Source: Planctomycetota bacterium (lineage in GTDB: Bacteria > Planctomycetota > Planctomycetia > JALXBF01). From it: DNA of 64,000 nucleotides. The position numbers were made by a program, and so were the translations under genes. The stretch lies in the NCBI GenBank assembly GCA_026991575.1, contig JALXBF010000065.1:62001-126000 (forward strand), given 5' to 3'. Positions 18,405-26,874 of this stretch are shown here, one piece after another; position 1 is the stretch's first letter, and each line of letters begins with the position of its first letter. Below the pieces are notes generated by a model, which saw only the letters and a list, made by a program, of their open reading frames with translations, was not told the origin of the DNA and searched no databases.

Positions 18405-20942
18405 ATGCGAGCGGGTTCATGGCCGACGATGCCCTTCTGGCTTGCGGCTGTCTTCTGCACGTGCGTGTGTGCCGAAGGTCAGGTTCTCGAGATGGTGCAT
18501 CGCAATCCTGACCCTTATGGGGTGCCTCGACCCGCTCCGGGCGCAAAGCACGTGCCGCTCCGCACGAGCATTTGGATTCACTTCCGGCTGCGTGACGCCG
18601 CGAGCACGGACCGCGTGCTTGCCGACTCGGTCCGCGTGCTGCTTCAAGACGAACACGGCGGCGAACAGCCTCTCGTGGAGCCAGGCCAACGATTTGTTCC
18701 GCCGGCCTCAGGCTGGTTCGCCACCTCACCGCTCCGCCCCCAGGAGCTGATGCTTTACATCGAGCCTGGCCGTTCCTTGTCACCCGATACGCGGTACACG
18801 ATTCGGGTGCAAGCTCGCTCGGCCGATGGTCTCGAGCTTACGTCCCGTTGGCGCCGCTGGCAGTTCCGGACAGAAGCTGCGCCGATGAGCCATGAGTACA
18901 GGTTTGCCGTGAACCTATCGGCCCCGCCCGTGCGCTGGCACGGAGGCTTCTTCACGGGCATCTGTAACGTCGTCTTCTGCACTACCGAACAGGAGTTCGG
19001 ACCGCTGTACCGGGCGATCCGGCAAGTGCGTCAGCAGCATCCGCGAGCGTGGCGCACAAGGCGAGACATCTGGTTGACATTCAACGACGAGTGGCGACCC
19101 GACTGGGCCGTCTTCATGAACCCCCGCTGGCCGAACATCGTTCGGGAGCGTGAGACGCGACGCGTCGTCGAGTTGGTTCAACTAGACGAAGCGCTGGTTG
19201 TTCGGGTGGAGGATGTGTTTGGCTGCGAGCAGTACGGCGTGCCGCCAGATCGGCCGCTGGCTGCCGACTATCAGCCGGGCTATGAGGTGATCGTTGCCGA
19301 CCGCGACCATGCCGTCCGCACGCGGGTGCTCGGCGTCGATGAACAAAGGCGTCTCGTCCGACTTGAGCCGGTGGAACTGCCGAAAGGGGGCTTCCGTATC
19401 GAGTACTCCGCGCCGCCCCCCGAGCAGGAGGATCCGGACGCACCGGGACGGTTTGCTGGCGGCGGCACCTATCTGCGCCGACTCCGTCCGCCGGGCACTC
19501 CGGTCTACTTTTGGCAACGCCTGGACGCAGAGTACGACAAAGCATGCCGACTCGGTCAACGAATCATCGTCAACTTTGTGGGCGCTCCGCCCGATCTCGC
19601 CATCGGCGGCGAGAACGAGCCGAGGCCCAAGGACTACGTCCAGTGGCACGAGGTAGTGCGAACGATTGCCGGGCACCTAATCGACCGGTATCGCGAACAA
19701 GCCCTCTCGTTCAAGTGGAGCGTCTACAACGAACCGGACCTACACCCGTACTGGAGACGGAACTGGGAAGAAACCCAACGCTTCTACGACTACACGGTCG
19801 ATGCCGTGTTGAGGGCGTTTGAGGACCGCGGCTACGATTCGTCTCGAGTTCTGGTCGGTGGTTGGGAGTTGGGGGCAATCTTCGGCACACACCTCAGGTT
19901 ACGCGAGATACTGGCGCACTGCTCGCCACAGGCGGAAGCTGCCGGGGCGCTGGAGGAGAACGCCGCTTACGCTGACAAGCGCCTGGATGGCAAGAGGTCG
20001 CGCCGAGTGGAGCGGCTGTGCCGCGAGCACGCGGGCCGCGGTAGCCCGTGCGATTTTCTGTCGATCCATGCCTACAACCGCTCGTGGCTGGCAGCGGCGA
20101 AGTTCATCCGCGCCAAGCAGATGGCGCTTGAGGCCGATAGCAAGTTCTTCCGGGACCTCGCCATTGACTCCAACGAGACTTGTCCCAACTGGAATCCGCC
20201 GCCTGATCCAGCCGCCGTGGACAGCTACTCGGGCAACGGTTATTTTGCCTCGTGGTGCTACGACGTCGCCCATCACATGCTGCTGCAGGCAGCGCGCGAC
20301 GCGCGTTACGGCTTCGGAGAATATGCTCTGACCATTTGGCCGCCGCCGGTCGGGTTCTCAGGGATCAATACGCTGTATCGCCGCATCCCCGTCGACCTGG
20401 ACGGCGACGGCCGGCAGGATGAGCAGGTGGCGGTGCCCGAACAGGTGTTTCACGCAGTGACATTGCTGTCGGACTTCGGCCCGGACTTCTGGCCGTTGCC
20501 GGCAGCCGGAGCGGAGGGCCATCGGGTCGGCGGGTTCGTTTCAGGAGACGTGCACGGCACGCTGCGTGTGGCGCTGGTAACGCACCATGCTGAAGATACC
20601 CAGTCGCGTTCCGAGCGGACGTTTCGTATCGTGGTCCAGCTTCGTGGCCTCGCCGCTGAGAGGGTCTACCGAGCGGTCGAGTACCGCTTTGACCGGCTCC
20701 ACAACACCACTCTGCAGCTTGCACGCCAGCACCGCCCGTTGCCTGGCAGGATACGGACGGTCTTTCCCGCCGAGCTTGCTCGTGCCGTGCGCGACGCTGC
20801 ACAGCTACAGGGGCGCGGAGCCGAGAAGTTAACCACGGACAGGGCCGGGCGGCTCCTCTTGCGGCCCGAACCGCTGGTAGGCAATGCGGTGAGCGTGTGG
20901 GTGTTGACGCCCGAGCCGGCATCGGTTGAGGCCGAGCGCTAG
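18405..20942 (+). CDS. Secreted Ig-like domain plus GH39-like (clan GH-A) hypothetical hydrolase
   Basis: Signal peptide from ATG 18405; Big_5-like segment PAPGAKHVP...LSPDTRYTIRV; WSVYNEPD, DFLSIHAY, DSNE. Confidence 0.62.
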   Translation: MRAGSWPTMPFWLAAVFCTCVCAEGQVLEMVHRNPDPYGVPRPAPGAKHVPLRTSIWIHFRLRDAASTDRVLADSVRVLLQDEHGGEQPLVEPGQRFVPPASGWFATSPLRPQELMLYIEPGRSLSPDTRYTIRVQARSADGLELTSRWRRWQFRTEAAPMSHEYRFAVNLSAPPVRWHGGFFTGICNVVFCTTEQEFGPLYRAIRQVRQQHPRAWRTRRDIWLTFNDEWRPDWAVFMNPRWPNIVRERETRRVVELVQLDEALVVRVEDVFGCEQYGVPPDRPLAADYQPGYEVIVADRDHAVRTRVLGVDEQRRLVRLEPVELPKGGFRIEYSAPPPEQEDPDAPGRFAGGGTYLRRLRPPGTPVYFWQRLDAEYDKACRLGQRIIVNFVGAPPDLAIGGENEPRPKDYVQWHEVVRTIAGHLIDRYREQALSFKWSVYNEPDLHPYWRRNWEETQRFYDYTVDAVLRAFEDRGYDSSRVLVGGWELGAIFGTHLRLREILAHCSPQAEAAGALEENAAYADKRLDGKRSRRVERLCREHAGRGSPCDFLSIHAYNRSWLAAAKFIRAKQMALEADSKFFRDLAIDSNETCPNWNPPPDPAAVDSYSGNGYFASWCYDVAHHMLLQAARDARYGFGEYALTIWPPPVGFSGINTLYRRIPVDLDGDGRQDEQVAVPEQVFHAVTLLSDFGPDFWPLPAAGAEGHRVGGFVSGDVHGTLRVALVTHHAEDTQSRSERTFRIVVQLRGLAAERVYRAVEYRFDRLHNTTLQLARQHRPLPGRIRTVFPAELARAVRDAAQLQGRGAEKLTTDRAGRLLLRPEPLVGNAVSVWVLTPEPASVEAER

Positions 20943-21300
20943 CAGTGGTACGGTGCCGCAGGACGGTTGTGCCTTGTAGCCGTAGCGAGCTGGGCGTGCT
21001 GGGGTGTCAGTTCGGGCATTACGCTCACGATCACGGTGCCCTGTCCCCGAAGCTTGCGAGCCAGCCGTCTGCCAATGGATCGGGGCCGCTGCCAGCCAGT
21101 GGTCTGCACCGGATCGACCGATCGAATGTGCGCTGATTTCCTCACTCGGCAAAGGTATCCGCAAAGCAACGGACCTGAACGCCTCTCCGGTGCCTCGCCA
21201 CGGAACGCCGCGGGCGCAGGGGTGGTGTCGTAGTGTGTTTGCCGTGTGCGGGAAGAGCGGCGGGCCGCCAGCCGGATCTGGAAGAACCAAGCAAACAGCT

Positions 21301-21722
21301 TCATTTGCTCACAGCGTCCGGACCCGTGAAGACGTTACGAAGCAGCGCGAGACTCTTCGGAACGGCCCTACGTGGATCCCCGCGTCCTTCGAATTCCAGC
21401 GATAGTATCCACGGTGCCCGCGGCGGCACAGGGTGTCGACGATCCGATCGTAGCCCAGGTTGAGCGTGTCCCAGATGCCGCCACCGTAGTAGGACTTTGC
21501 CTGCACGAGGACGATATGCGGCGCGAGCTTTTCGAGTTTGTCGCACGGATCTTCCGGGAAGTTGCCCGTGTCCATCGTGACGCCCAGCCACGGTGAGTCG
21601 ATCGCGTAGACAGTTCTCATCGTGCCCTCAGGCGTTCGGCCCAACCGCCGGAGGTCCGCGAGGCTGAGCTCGACGCCGCAGCGTTCAGCCGCCGGCAAAG
21701 ACGGCTCCAAACGCTCCTTCAC
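21301..21722 (-). pseudogene. Truncated, frameshifted sugar-phosphate isomerase/epimerase (xylose-isomerase-like TIM barrel)
   Basis: Contains DSPWLGVTMDTGNF...VQAK. The C-terminal SLEFEG...PKSLALLR lies in another frame (shift near 21403). LENH is replaced by LADL and the N-terminal half is absent. Confidence 0.75.
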
Positions 21723-22138
21723 CCAGGCGAAAACGGCGAGGCATTCTCGTCTATGTGGCCGGGCAGTGGCGGTTCAATGCCTCGCGGGACGATCAGCGCA
21801 TCGAAGCTCTTGATCGTGCCCCAGCGACTGGTGCTCGCGGGTATGGTCGAGATGCCTGGCCGATAGGGCAGCTCGTTGCTCGTGATGGTTCGTGCGACGC
21901 TGCGCTTTCTGGCGCCGACCGGTTGGCGCCGGGCCTTGTTCGAACTCGTCTCATTGGGTTACCTCGGGAGCTGTGTCCGTGGTCAACCGTTCTGAGCGCG
22001 CGCTGCTGCCTGGCTTTGCCCGGTAGGTAGCGATGACACCCGTCCCGCTGAGGTGCTTGCCATGCGTGCACGAGCCGAAGCGATGGCTGTCGTCGGGGCT
22101 CACCCGGCTGGACCGACTGTCTTGCCCTGAACGGGGTA

Positions 22139-22167
22139 TTGACCATAAAGAGTGGTTTATTTATCGT
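22139..22167 (+). promoter_or_regulatory. Sigma70-type promoter TTGACC-17-TATCGT upstream of the HzsA-like gene
   Basis: AT-rich island in GC-rich DNA with a 17-bp spacer; AGGAG RBS at 22193-22197. Confidence 0.55.
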
Positions 22168-22205
22168 ATTTTCGGTAGCCGGGAACCTGTGCAGGAGACC
22201 CCGCG

Positions 22206-24689
22206 ATGGTCGTTCTCAAACAAGCCCTTCGCGCCGTCCTCCTCCAGCTGCTGCTTGTTGCCAACCTCGTCAGCGATCCGGCCGGCGCCGCAGCTGGCGA
22301 AGTTGACCAGGTACCGATCGAAGAGGTCGTTTTCGCGGTACGCAAGCCGGGCCCGGACGGGCACTGGTACGCGAACTTCGGGTACTACTGCGAAGGTCCA
22401 AGCCGGGTTGCCTACACCGAGGGCTCGCAGTTGTGTCGGCTCAACCTGCGCACGGGTAAACTCACCGTGCTCTTGCACGACCCGCGTGGTACGATCCGCG
22501 ATCCGCAGCTAAGTTACGACGGCAAACGGATCCTGTTCTCCTACCGGCCCGGCAACTCGATGTACTTTCATCTGTACGAGATCAACATCGACGGGACAGG
22601 TCTGCGCCAGATCACGGACGGGCCGTACGACGATATCGAGCCGACGTACGTTCCCGACGGCGGGATCGTGTTCTGTTCCAGCCGGTCGCGGCGTTGGGTC
22701 AAGTGCTGGCTGGTTCAGGTGGCCACTCTCTACCGGGTGGAACGCGATGGTTCCGGATTGATGCCCCTTTCGGCGGCGAACGCCACGGAGAACACTCCCT
22801 GGGTCTTGCCGGACGGGCGGATTCTGTACACCCGATGGGAATATGTTGATCGCAGCCAGGTGCATTACCACCACCTCTGGGTCATGAACCCGGATGGGAC
22901 GGGCCAGATGGTGCTTTACGGCAATCTCTATCCCGGCACGGTCATGATTGATGCGAAGCCGATTCCAGGGTCGGACAAGATCGTGGCGATCTTTTCCCCG
23001 GGGCATGGCCGTCGTGAGCACCAGGGCGCTGTGACGATCGTCGATCCGACGCTGGGGCCGGACGTTCCCGCCGCCGCGCGGCGCATCACCCAGAGCGTCG
23101 ATTACCGCGATCCTTACCCCCTGTCCGATCGGTTGTTCCTGGTAGCCCGTGGCCCGGTTCTGGAGCTGCTCGATGATGCCGGTAATGGCCGTGAGCTCTA
23201 TCGTTTGCCGAAGACGCTGGTCGAAAAAGGCATGTGGCTCCACGAACCGCGGCCGGTAAGACCCCGGCCGGTCGAGCCTGTGATTCCGCATCGGATCGAC
23301 CCCTCGAAGGCCACAGGCCGAGTGGTTCTGCTGAACGTCTACGCCGGCCGAAACATGGCGGGCATCCGGCCCGGGGAGATCAAGAAACTGCTGATCCTCG
23401 AAACGCTGCCCAAGCCCATCAACTACACCGGTGGCATGGACCCGCTGACGTACGGGGGATCGTTCAGCCTGGAGCGTGTGGTCGGAACGGTACCGGTCGA
23501 GCCGGACGGCTCGGCCTACTTTGAGCTGCCCGCGCTACGCAGCTTCTTCTTCGTTGCCCTCGACGAAAACGACATGGCGGTCAAGCGGATGCAGAGTTTC
23601 ATGAGCGTCCAGCCGGGGGAGGTCACCAGCTGCTTCGGTTGCCATGAGAAACGCAACGAGACTGCTAGCCCGGACATCGGCCCTGTAATGGCGCTACAGC
23701 GACCGCCCAGCAAGATCAAGCCCATCGAGGGGGTCCCCGACGTGCTCGACTTCCCGCGTGACGTCCAGCCCATCCTGGATCGCCACTGCGTCGCTTGTCA
23801 CGATTACGAGCCCACGGCCAAAGGGGGGCCCTACGCCGGAGGCGTGGTCCTCACGGGGGATCACGGTCCGATGTTCTCGCACAGCTACTACACGCTCACC
23901 GTACGCCGCTTGTTCTCCGACGGCCGCGATCTGCCGAGAAGCGAGTACCCACCGCGGGCCATCGGGTCGTCGGCCAGCAGGCTGCTGAAAATGGTGGACG
24001 GTTCCCACCACGGCGCACGGCTGAACCGCCACGAGTTCACTGTACTTCGGCTCTGGATTGAGACTGGTGCAACGTACCCCGGTACGTACGCCGCGCTCGG
24101 TACCGGCATGATTGGCGGCTATCACGAGAATCGCCAGTACAACACCGACTGGAACTGGCCGACGACCAGGGCCGGCGCGGCCGTTATGCGGAACCGGTGT
24201 GCCAGCTGCCATACGGGGCCGCGTCAGTTGCCAACAGCTCTCTCCGACGAACGGAACGTTTCCTTCTGGCGGCCTAGCCTCGATGATCCCCGCCTCAAGT
24301 ACAGCCGCCACATCGTCTTCAACTTGTCTCGCCCTGACAAGTCGCTTCTGCTGCTTGCGCCGCTGAGCAGGGACGCCGGCGGCCTGGAGCTGTGCCGCAA
24401 GCTCACCCCGGACGGCCGGCCCACAACCGCTCCGGCAACCGTCTTCACCTCACGGGACGACCCTGACTACCAGACGCTGCTGCGAATGGTGCAGGCCGGG
24501 AAGGCGTTCCTGGCGAAGATCAAGCGGTTCGACATGCCGGGCTTCATGCCTCGTCCGGAGTACTTGCGCGAAATGCAGCGTTACGGTGTGCTGCCGCCCG
24601 ACTGGAAACCGGGTCAACCGGTGGATCCCTATAAGCTGGACCAGGCCTACTGGCGCAAGCTCTGGTACCGCCCGCGCCGGTTGCCATAG
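22206..24689 (+). CDS. HzsA-related secreted multihaem protein (TolB-like propeller, HZS-alpha middle domain, cytochrome c domains)
   Basis: Signal peptide; PD40-type blades (DPQLSYDGKRILFS, EPTYVPDGGIVFCSSR, PWVLPDGRILYTRWEY); GTVPVEPDGSAYFELPA...QPGEVTSCFGCHE; CxxCH motifs at 23631, 23787 and 24198. Confidence 0.8.
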   Translation: MVVLKQALRAVLLQLLLVANLVSDPAGAAAGEVDQVPIEEVVFAVRKPGPDGHWYANFGYYCEGPSRVAYTEGSQLCRLNLRTGKLTVLLHDPRGTIRDPQLSYDGKRILFSYRPGNSMYFHLYEINIDGTGLRQITDGPYDDIEPTYVPDGGIVFCSSRSRRWVKCWLVQVATLYRVERDGSGLMPLSAANATENTPWVLPDGRILYTRWEYVDRSQVHYHHLWVMNPDGTGQMVLYGNLYPGTVMIDAKPIPGSDKIVAIFSPGHGRREHQGAVTIVDPTLGPDVPAAARRITQSVDYRDPYPLSDRLFLVARGPVLELLDDAGNGRELYRLPKTLVEKGMWLHEPRPVRPRPVEPVIPHRIDPSKATGRVVLLNVYAGRNMAGIRPGEIKKLLILETLPKPINYTGGMDPLTYGGSFSLERVVGTVPVEPDGSAYFELPALRSFFFVALDENDMAVKRMQSFMSVQPGEVTSCFGCHEKRNETASPDIGPVMALQRPPSKIKPIEGVPDVLDFPRDVQPILDRHCVACHDYEPTAKGGPYAGGVVLTGDHGPMFSHSYYTLTVRRLFSDGRDLPRSEYPPRAIGSSASRLLKMVDGSHHGARLNRHEFTVLRLWIETGATYPGTYAALGTGMIGGYHENRQYNTDWNWPTTRAGAAVMRNRCASCHTGPRQLPTALSDERNVSFWRPSLDDPRLKYSRHIVFNLSRPDKSLLLLAPLSRDAGGLELCRKLTPDGRPTTAPATVFTSRDDPDYQTLLRMVQAGKAFLAKIKRFDMPGFMPRPEYLREMQRYGVLPPDWKPGQPVDPYKLDQAYWRKLWYRPRRLP

Positions 24690-24760
24690 GCGATCCCTGC
24701 CCCCCGGCACGAGCGTGTAGGTGTGGAGCAGGCCCGCTGCGCCGCTGTGGAGGTGCCGCG

Positions 24761-26683
24761 ATGAAGACGAGCCCGAGCATGCTATTTCTCACCATCGGTG
24801 GGCTGCTAGTCCTAGGGACACTCGCGAACGCGGGCGGCAATCCGGTGCGCTCTCCTCAGGCTGTGGTTGTTGGGGACGATGCGGTCGTGGTGCTGGACCG
24901 CACGGCTGCTGAGTTGGTCCGACTTGACCGTAACCTCAAGCCGGCCGGAAGGACGCTCCTTACTGGCGATCCGTGTGCCGTGACGATAGCGCCGGGCAAG
25001 CCGCTGGCTTACGTTGCCGAACGCACGGCAAACCGGATCGCCGTCGTCGACCTCCAACAGGATCGTGTTATCCGACGCGTGTCCATTGATGGAGGAGCGT
25101 GGCCGGTGAGCCTGGCGGTTGACCGCGATGGTCGGTGGTTGTACGTGGGGACCGCTTTTCCCGCGAAGCTCTTCATCTATCGGCTGGGGGCCGACGGTAC
25201 TGATCTGGAACCGCTACTGGCCGTTCCCGTGTTACGCTGGCCGGCGGACCTGGCGATCGGACCCGATGGCGTGACGGTGGCGGTAGCAAACCAGCTGCCG
25301 GTGCGACTCGAAGGCGTCACAGGGCCGACGGCGGCAGTAAGTCTGGTTTCGTTCAATCCGTCCGACCCAGGTCGTTGGCACCGATCCGATATCCCATTGC
25401 CACCAGGTTCTTCGGGGTTGCGCGGTGTTGCCTTCAGTCCCGACGGGCACTACGTATACGCGGTGCACGGTCTGGGGCGGGTGCGCAGTCCGATCACGCA
25501 GCTGGAACGCGGCTGGGTGAACACCAACGCGCTCAGCATCATCGATACCGTCTCGAGGCGGCGCGTTGCCACCGTGTTGCTGGATGACCTATACCGCGGA
25601 GCGGCGGATCCGGCCGACGTAGTCTGCAGCCCGGACGGATCGCGGTTATGGGTTGCGCTGGCCGGCAGTCACGAGCTAGTTCGGATTAACATCGCCGACC
25701 TGCACCGGTTACTCCAGGGAAGCGTGCCTGGGTGGCTTGAGCGTATCGAGGACAGCATGCAGGCGAACATCTGGGTGCGCCTGCGTGATAACCCGTCGTT
25801 AGTTCGGCTACTGGAGAACGACCTTGCCGCCTTGCGCCTCGCCCGCGTGAAGCTGCGGCTGCCAGCCGGTGGGTTCGGACCCCGCGCTCTGGCGATCTCT
25901 TCCGATGGCGCGACGGTGTATGTGGCGAACTACTTCAGCGGTTCGCTGACCGCTATTTCGACTGCCGATCCGACCCGGAAACGAACCGTTCTGCTGGGGC
26001 CGATGGCCGAGCCGGATGCGGTGCGCCGCGGTGCGCTGATCTTTCACGACGCACGCCGCTCGTTCCAGCATTGGCACAGCTGTGCCACGTGTCATCAACA
26101 CGGCGGCCGTGTGGACGGGTTGAGCTGGGACTTCGTGGCCGATGGCCTGGGCAACCCGAAGGACACCGTCAGCTTGATCGGACTGGCGGAGACCGAGCCG
26201 ATGAACCGGCGCGCAACGGTAGCCAACGCGTACGACTGCGTGCGCAACGGCCTCTTTTCGACGAATCTGAAGCCGGTCGAGCGGCGCGTGGTAGACGACC
26301 TGTTCGCATACCTCGCGGCTTTGCGGCCCGAGCCGAGCCCCCTACCGCTTGTTGACCCGAAGCTGGCGGAGCCGGCCCGTCGTGGGAAACAGCTGTTCGA
26401 AGGCAAAGCGGGATGTGCTGGCTGCCACAGCGGCCCGTACCTGACGGACGGCAAGATGCACAATGTTGGCACCGGCAGCGGGCACTGGGAGGAGGCTGAC
26501 GGCCGCTACGATACGCCGTCGCTTCGGGAGCTGTACCGGACGGCGCCGTACTTGCACGATGGCCGCGCGTGGACGCTACGCGAAGTGCTCACAACGTTCA
26601 ACCGCCGCCAGCGCCATGGACACGTCGAGCGTTTGAGCGCCGCGGAGCTCGATGATTTGATCGCGTACTTACTGTCCCTCTGA
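24761..26683 (+). CDS. YVTN/YncE beta-propeller fused to a di-haem cytochrome c peroxidase/MauG-like domain
   Basis: Signal peptide; blades VAFSPDG..VY, CSPDGSRLWVA, AISSDGATVYVAN; RRGALIF...CATCH (26081), RRGKQLF...CAGCH (26414), TPSLRELYRTAPYLHDG. Confidence 0.85.
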   Translation: MKTSPSMLFLTIGGLLVLGTLANAGGNPVRSPQAVVVGDDAVVVLDRTAAELVRLDRNLKPAGRTLLTGDPCAVTIAPGKPLAYVAERTANRIAVVDLQQDRVIRRVSIDGGAWPVSLAVDRDGRWLYVGTAFPAKLFIYRLGADGTDLEPLLAVPVLRWPADLAIGPDGVTVAVANQLPVRLEGVTGPTAAVSLVSFNPSDPGRWHRSDIPLPPGSSGLRGVAFSPDGHYVYAVHGLGRVRSPITQLERGWVNTNALSIIDTVSRRRVATVLLDDLYRGAADPADVVCSPDGSRLWVALAGSHELVRINIADLHRLLQGSVPGWLERIEDSMQANIWVRLRDNPSLVRLLENDLAALRLARVKLRLPAGGFGPRALAISSDGATVYVANYFSGSLTAISTADPTRKRTVLLGPMAEPDAVRRGALIFHDARRSFQHWHSCATCHQHGGRVDGLSWDFVADGLGNPKDTVSLIGLAETEPMNRRATVANAYDCVRNGLFSTNLKPVERRVVDDLFAYLAALRPEPSPLPLVDPKLAEPARRGKQLFEGKAGCAGCHSGPYLTDGKMHNVGTGSGHWEEADGRYDTPSLRELYRTAPYLHDGRAWTLREVLTTFNRRQRHGHVERLSAAELDDLIAYLLSL

Positions 26684-26815
26684 GCGGTCCTGCACGTACG
26701 ACGCTCCGGGGCAGGCCTCACGGTAGGCAGCATAAGGACGCACCGTGAGAAGGTCTCATCTGGGCAGCGACGACGGCGCCGATTGCGGCTTGCCCCGGGT
26801 CAACATGCGATGCGC

Positions 26816-26855
26816 AAAGAGCGCGGGGCCCTGCCTGCTGGCAGGACCCCTGCGC
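26816..26855 (-). terminator. Intrinsic terminator downstream of the minus-strand oxidoreductase
   Basis: GC hairpin with arms 26821-26835 and 26840-26855, followed by TCTTT on the minus strand. Confidence 0.55.
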
Positions 26856-26874
26856 AGCATGATGCACGATGAGG

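Noticed and set aside
22206..26683. Calling the pair true hydrazine synthase (hzsABC) or the organism anammox
   Set aside because: Only the domain architecture is similar. There are no hao/hdh or other anammox genes nearby, and the context is heterotrophic sugar metabolism.
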